Positions 63,253-64,000 of a stretch of 64,000 nucleotides of DNA are shown here, piece by piece (position 1 is the first letter of the stretch; every line of letters begins with the position of its first letter). Under the pieces are notes generated by a model that was not told the DNA's origin, did not search any database, and saw only the letters and a list, made by a program, of their open reading frames with translations. The DNA lies in NCBI GenBank assembly GCA_965645245.1, contig OZ287076.1:1550001-1614000 (forward strand), given 5' to 3'. A program made the translations under genes and the position numbers. The stretch comes from Massalongia carnosa (Eukaryota).

Positions 63253-64000
63253 ATGACGAACACCCGTTCCCAAAGCACCCCGATGGACGACATAGTCCCC
63301 GACTCCTAGGAGATTGTCGGATTGACGCAGGCCCAGTCCAATCAAATCTTCGCCCTACAAAAGAAGAAAGCCGAGGCAGAAGCGAAGGCGGCCGAGGCTG
63401 AGGCCAGAATTGCCGAGTCCAAGGCATTGGTCGCCGAGAAGGAGGTGGAAAAAATGCAGCTAGAAATCGACTGCATGCGCCGAGAATCTGACGCCCGAAT
63501 AGCGGCCGTCATTCCTGCTGGCAAGCCGAGTCGTGTCGTCGGCGATGACGACGAGGACCTAGGTGAGATCCCTCTCGAAGTAAGAAGTATAGCACCCCGT
63601 TTCGCGGGCCTACCACAGGACGAGATCATCAAGATCTTTTCAAATAAATTCAAAGCCATCAACCTCTCCCGCCTCCGACACATGCACGGCATGCAATACG
63701 AGTCCTACAAGGATCAGGACCGCATCGGCATCGAAGACGGCGCCTTGAGGTTGAGAAAGGCATCCGGGACCTACAAAGATTTCGGAAAGACAGTTCATGA
63801 CGTCTGGACCGAGAGCTTCATCAACTACACCTCGATCATGGTCAGTCTTTTCGGGAAATCGAGTCAACAGCTTCACGCCACCATGTCGGCATTCCACGGA
63901 AAAATCCTCACGCTGGCCAAGGTGTACGAGTGGCAGGAAGCAGTCCTCCCCCTCGCCATCGAAACCCACACTCACATCATCGCGTCTCAGCCATCCGACG
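63253..64000 (+). mobile_element. gag-like ORF1 of a probable DIRS/Ngaro (tyrosine-recombinase) retroelement, running off the window
   Basis: Frame open from 63253 apart from one TAG (63307-63309). A coiled coil is followed by WTESFINYTSIM...ILTLAKVYEWQEAVL, which resembles DIRS/Ngaro gag. No RT or recombinase is visible in the window. Confidence 0.5.

Overview
Intron-containing fungal nuclear DNA (GT-AG introns with CTAAC/CTGAC branch sites; filamentous ascomycete-type gene set). Most of the window is housekeeping genes: ISD11, a NIPSNAP gene, RPN5, RSM22, LIP5, RAV2/Rogdi, a SUR7-family gene, MET1, deoxyribose-phosphate aldolase, a SPOUT methyltransferase, a Cys-type SelK homolog, ATP18, SPC19, POP7, LIP2, a VPS64/SLMAP-like FHA gene, RHO3, CWC25 and CSN2. 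Mobile or accessory DNA comprises a full-length but decayed pogo/Fot1 transposon (5-2367), the gag-like start of a probable DIRS/Ngaro element at the right edge, and a ~15 kb accessory island (~28.9-43.5 kb). The most interesting structure is inside that island: a ~7.9 kb unit (~31249-39143) bounded by long, diverged inverted repeats. It carries a RecQ-like helicase, a PhyH-like 2OG-Fe(II) oxygenase, a Lys-rich unknown gene and a small ORF, with no recognisable transposase. Each of its gene 3' ends lies next to a copy of one GC-rich imperfect palindrome. All calls are by eye; no database searches were run.
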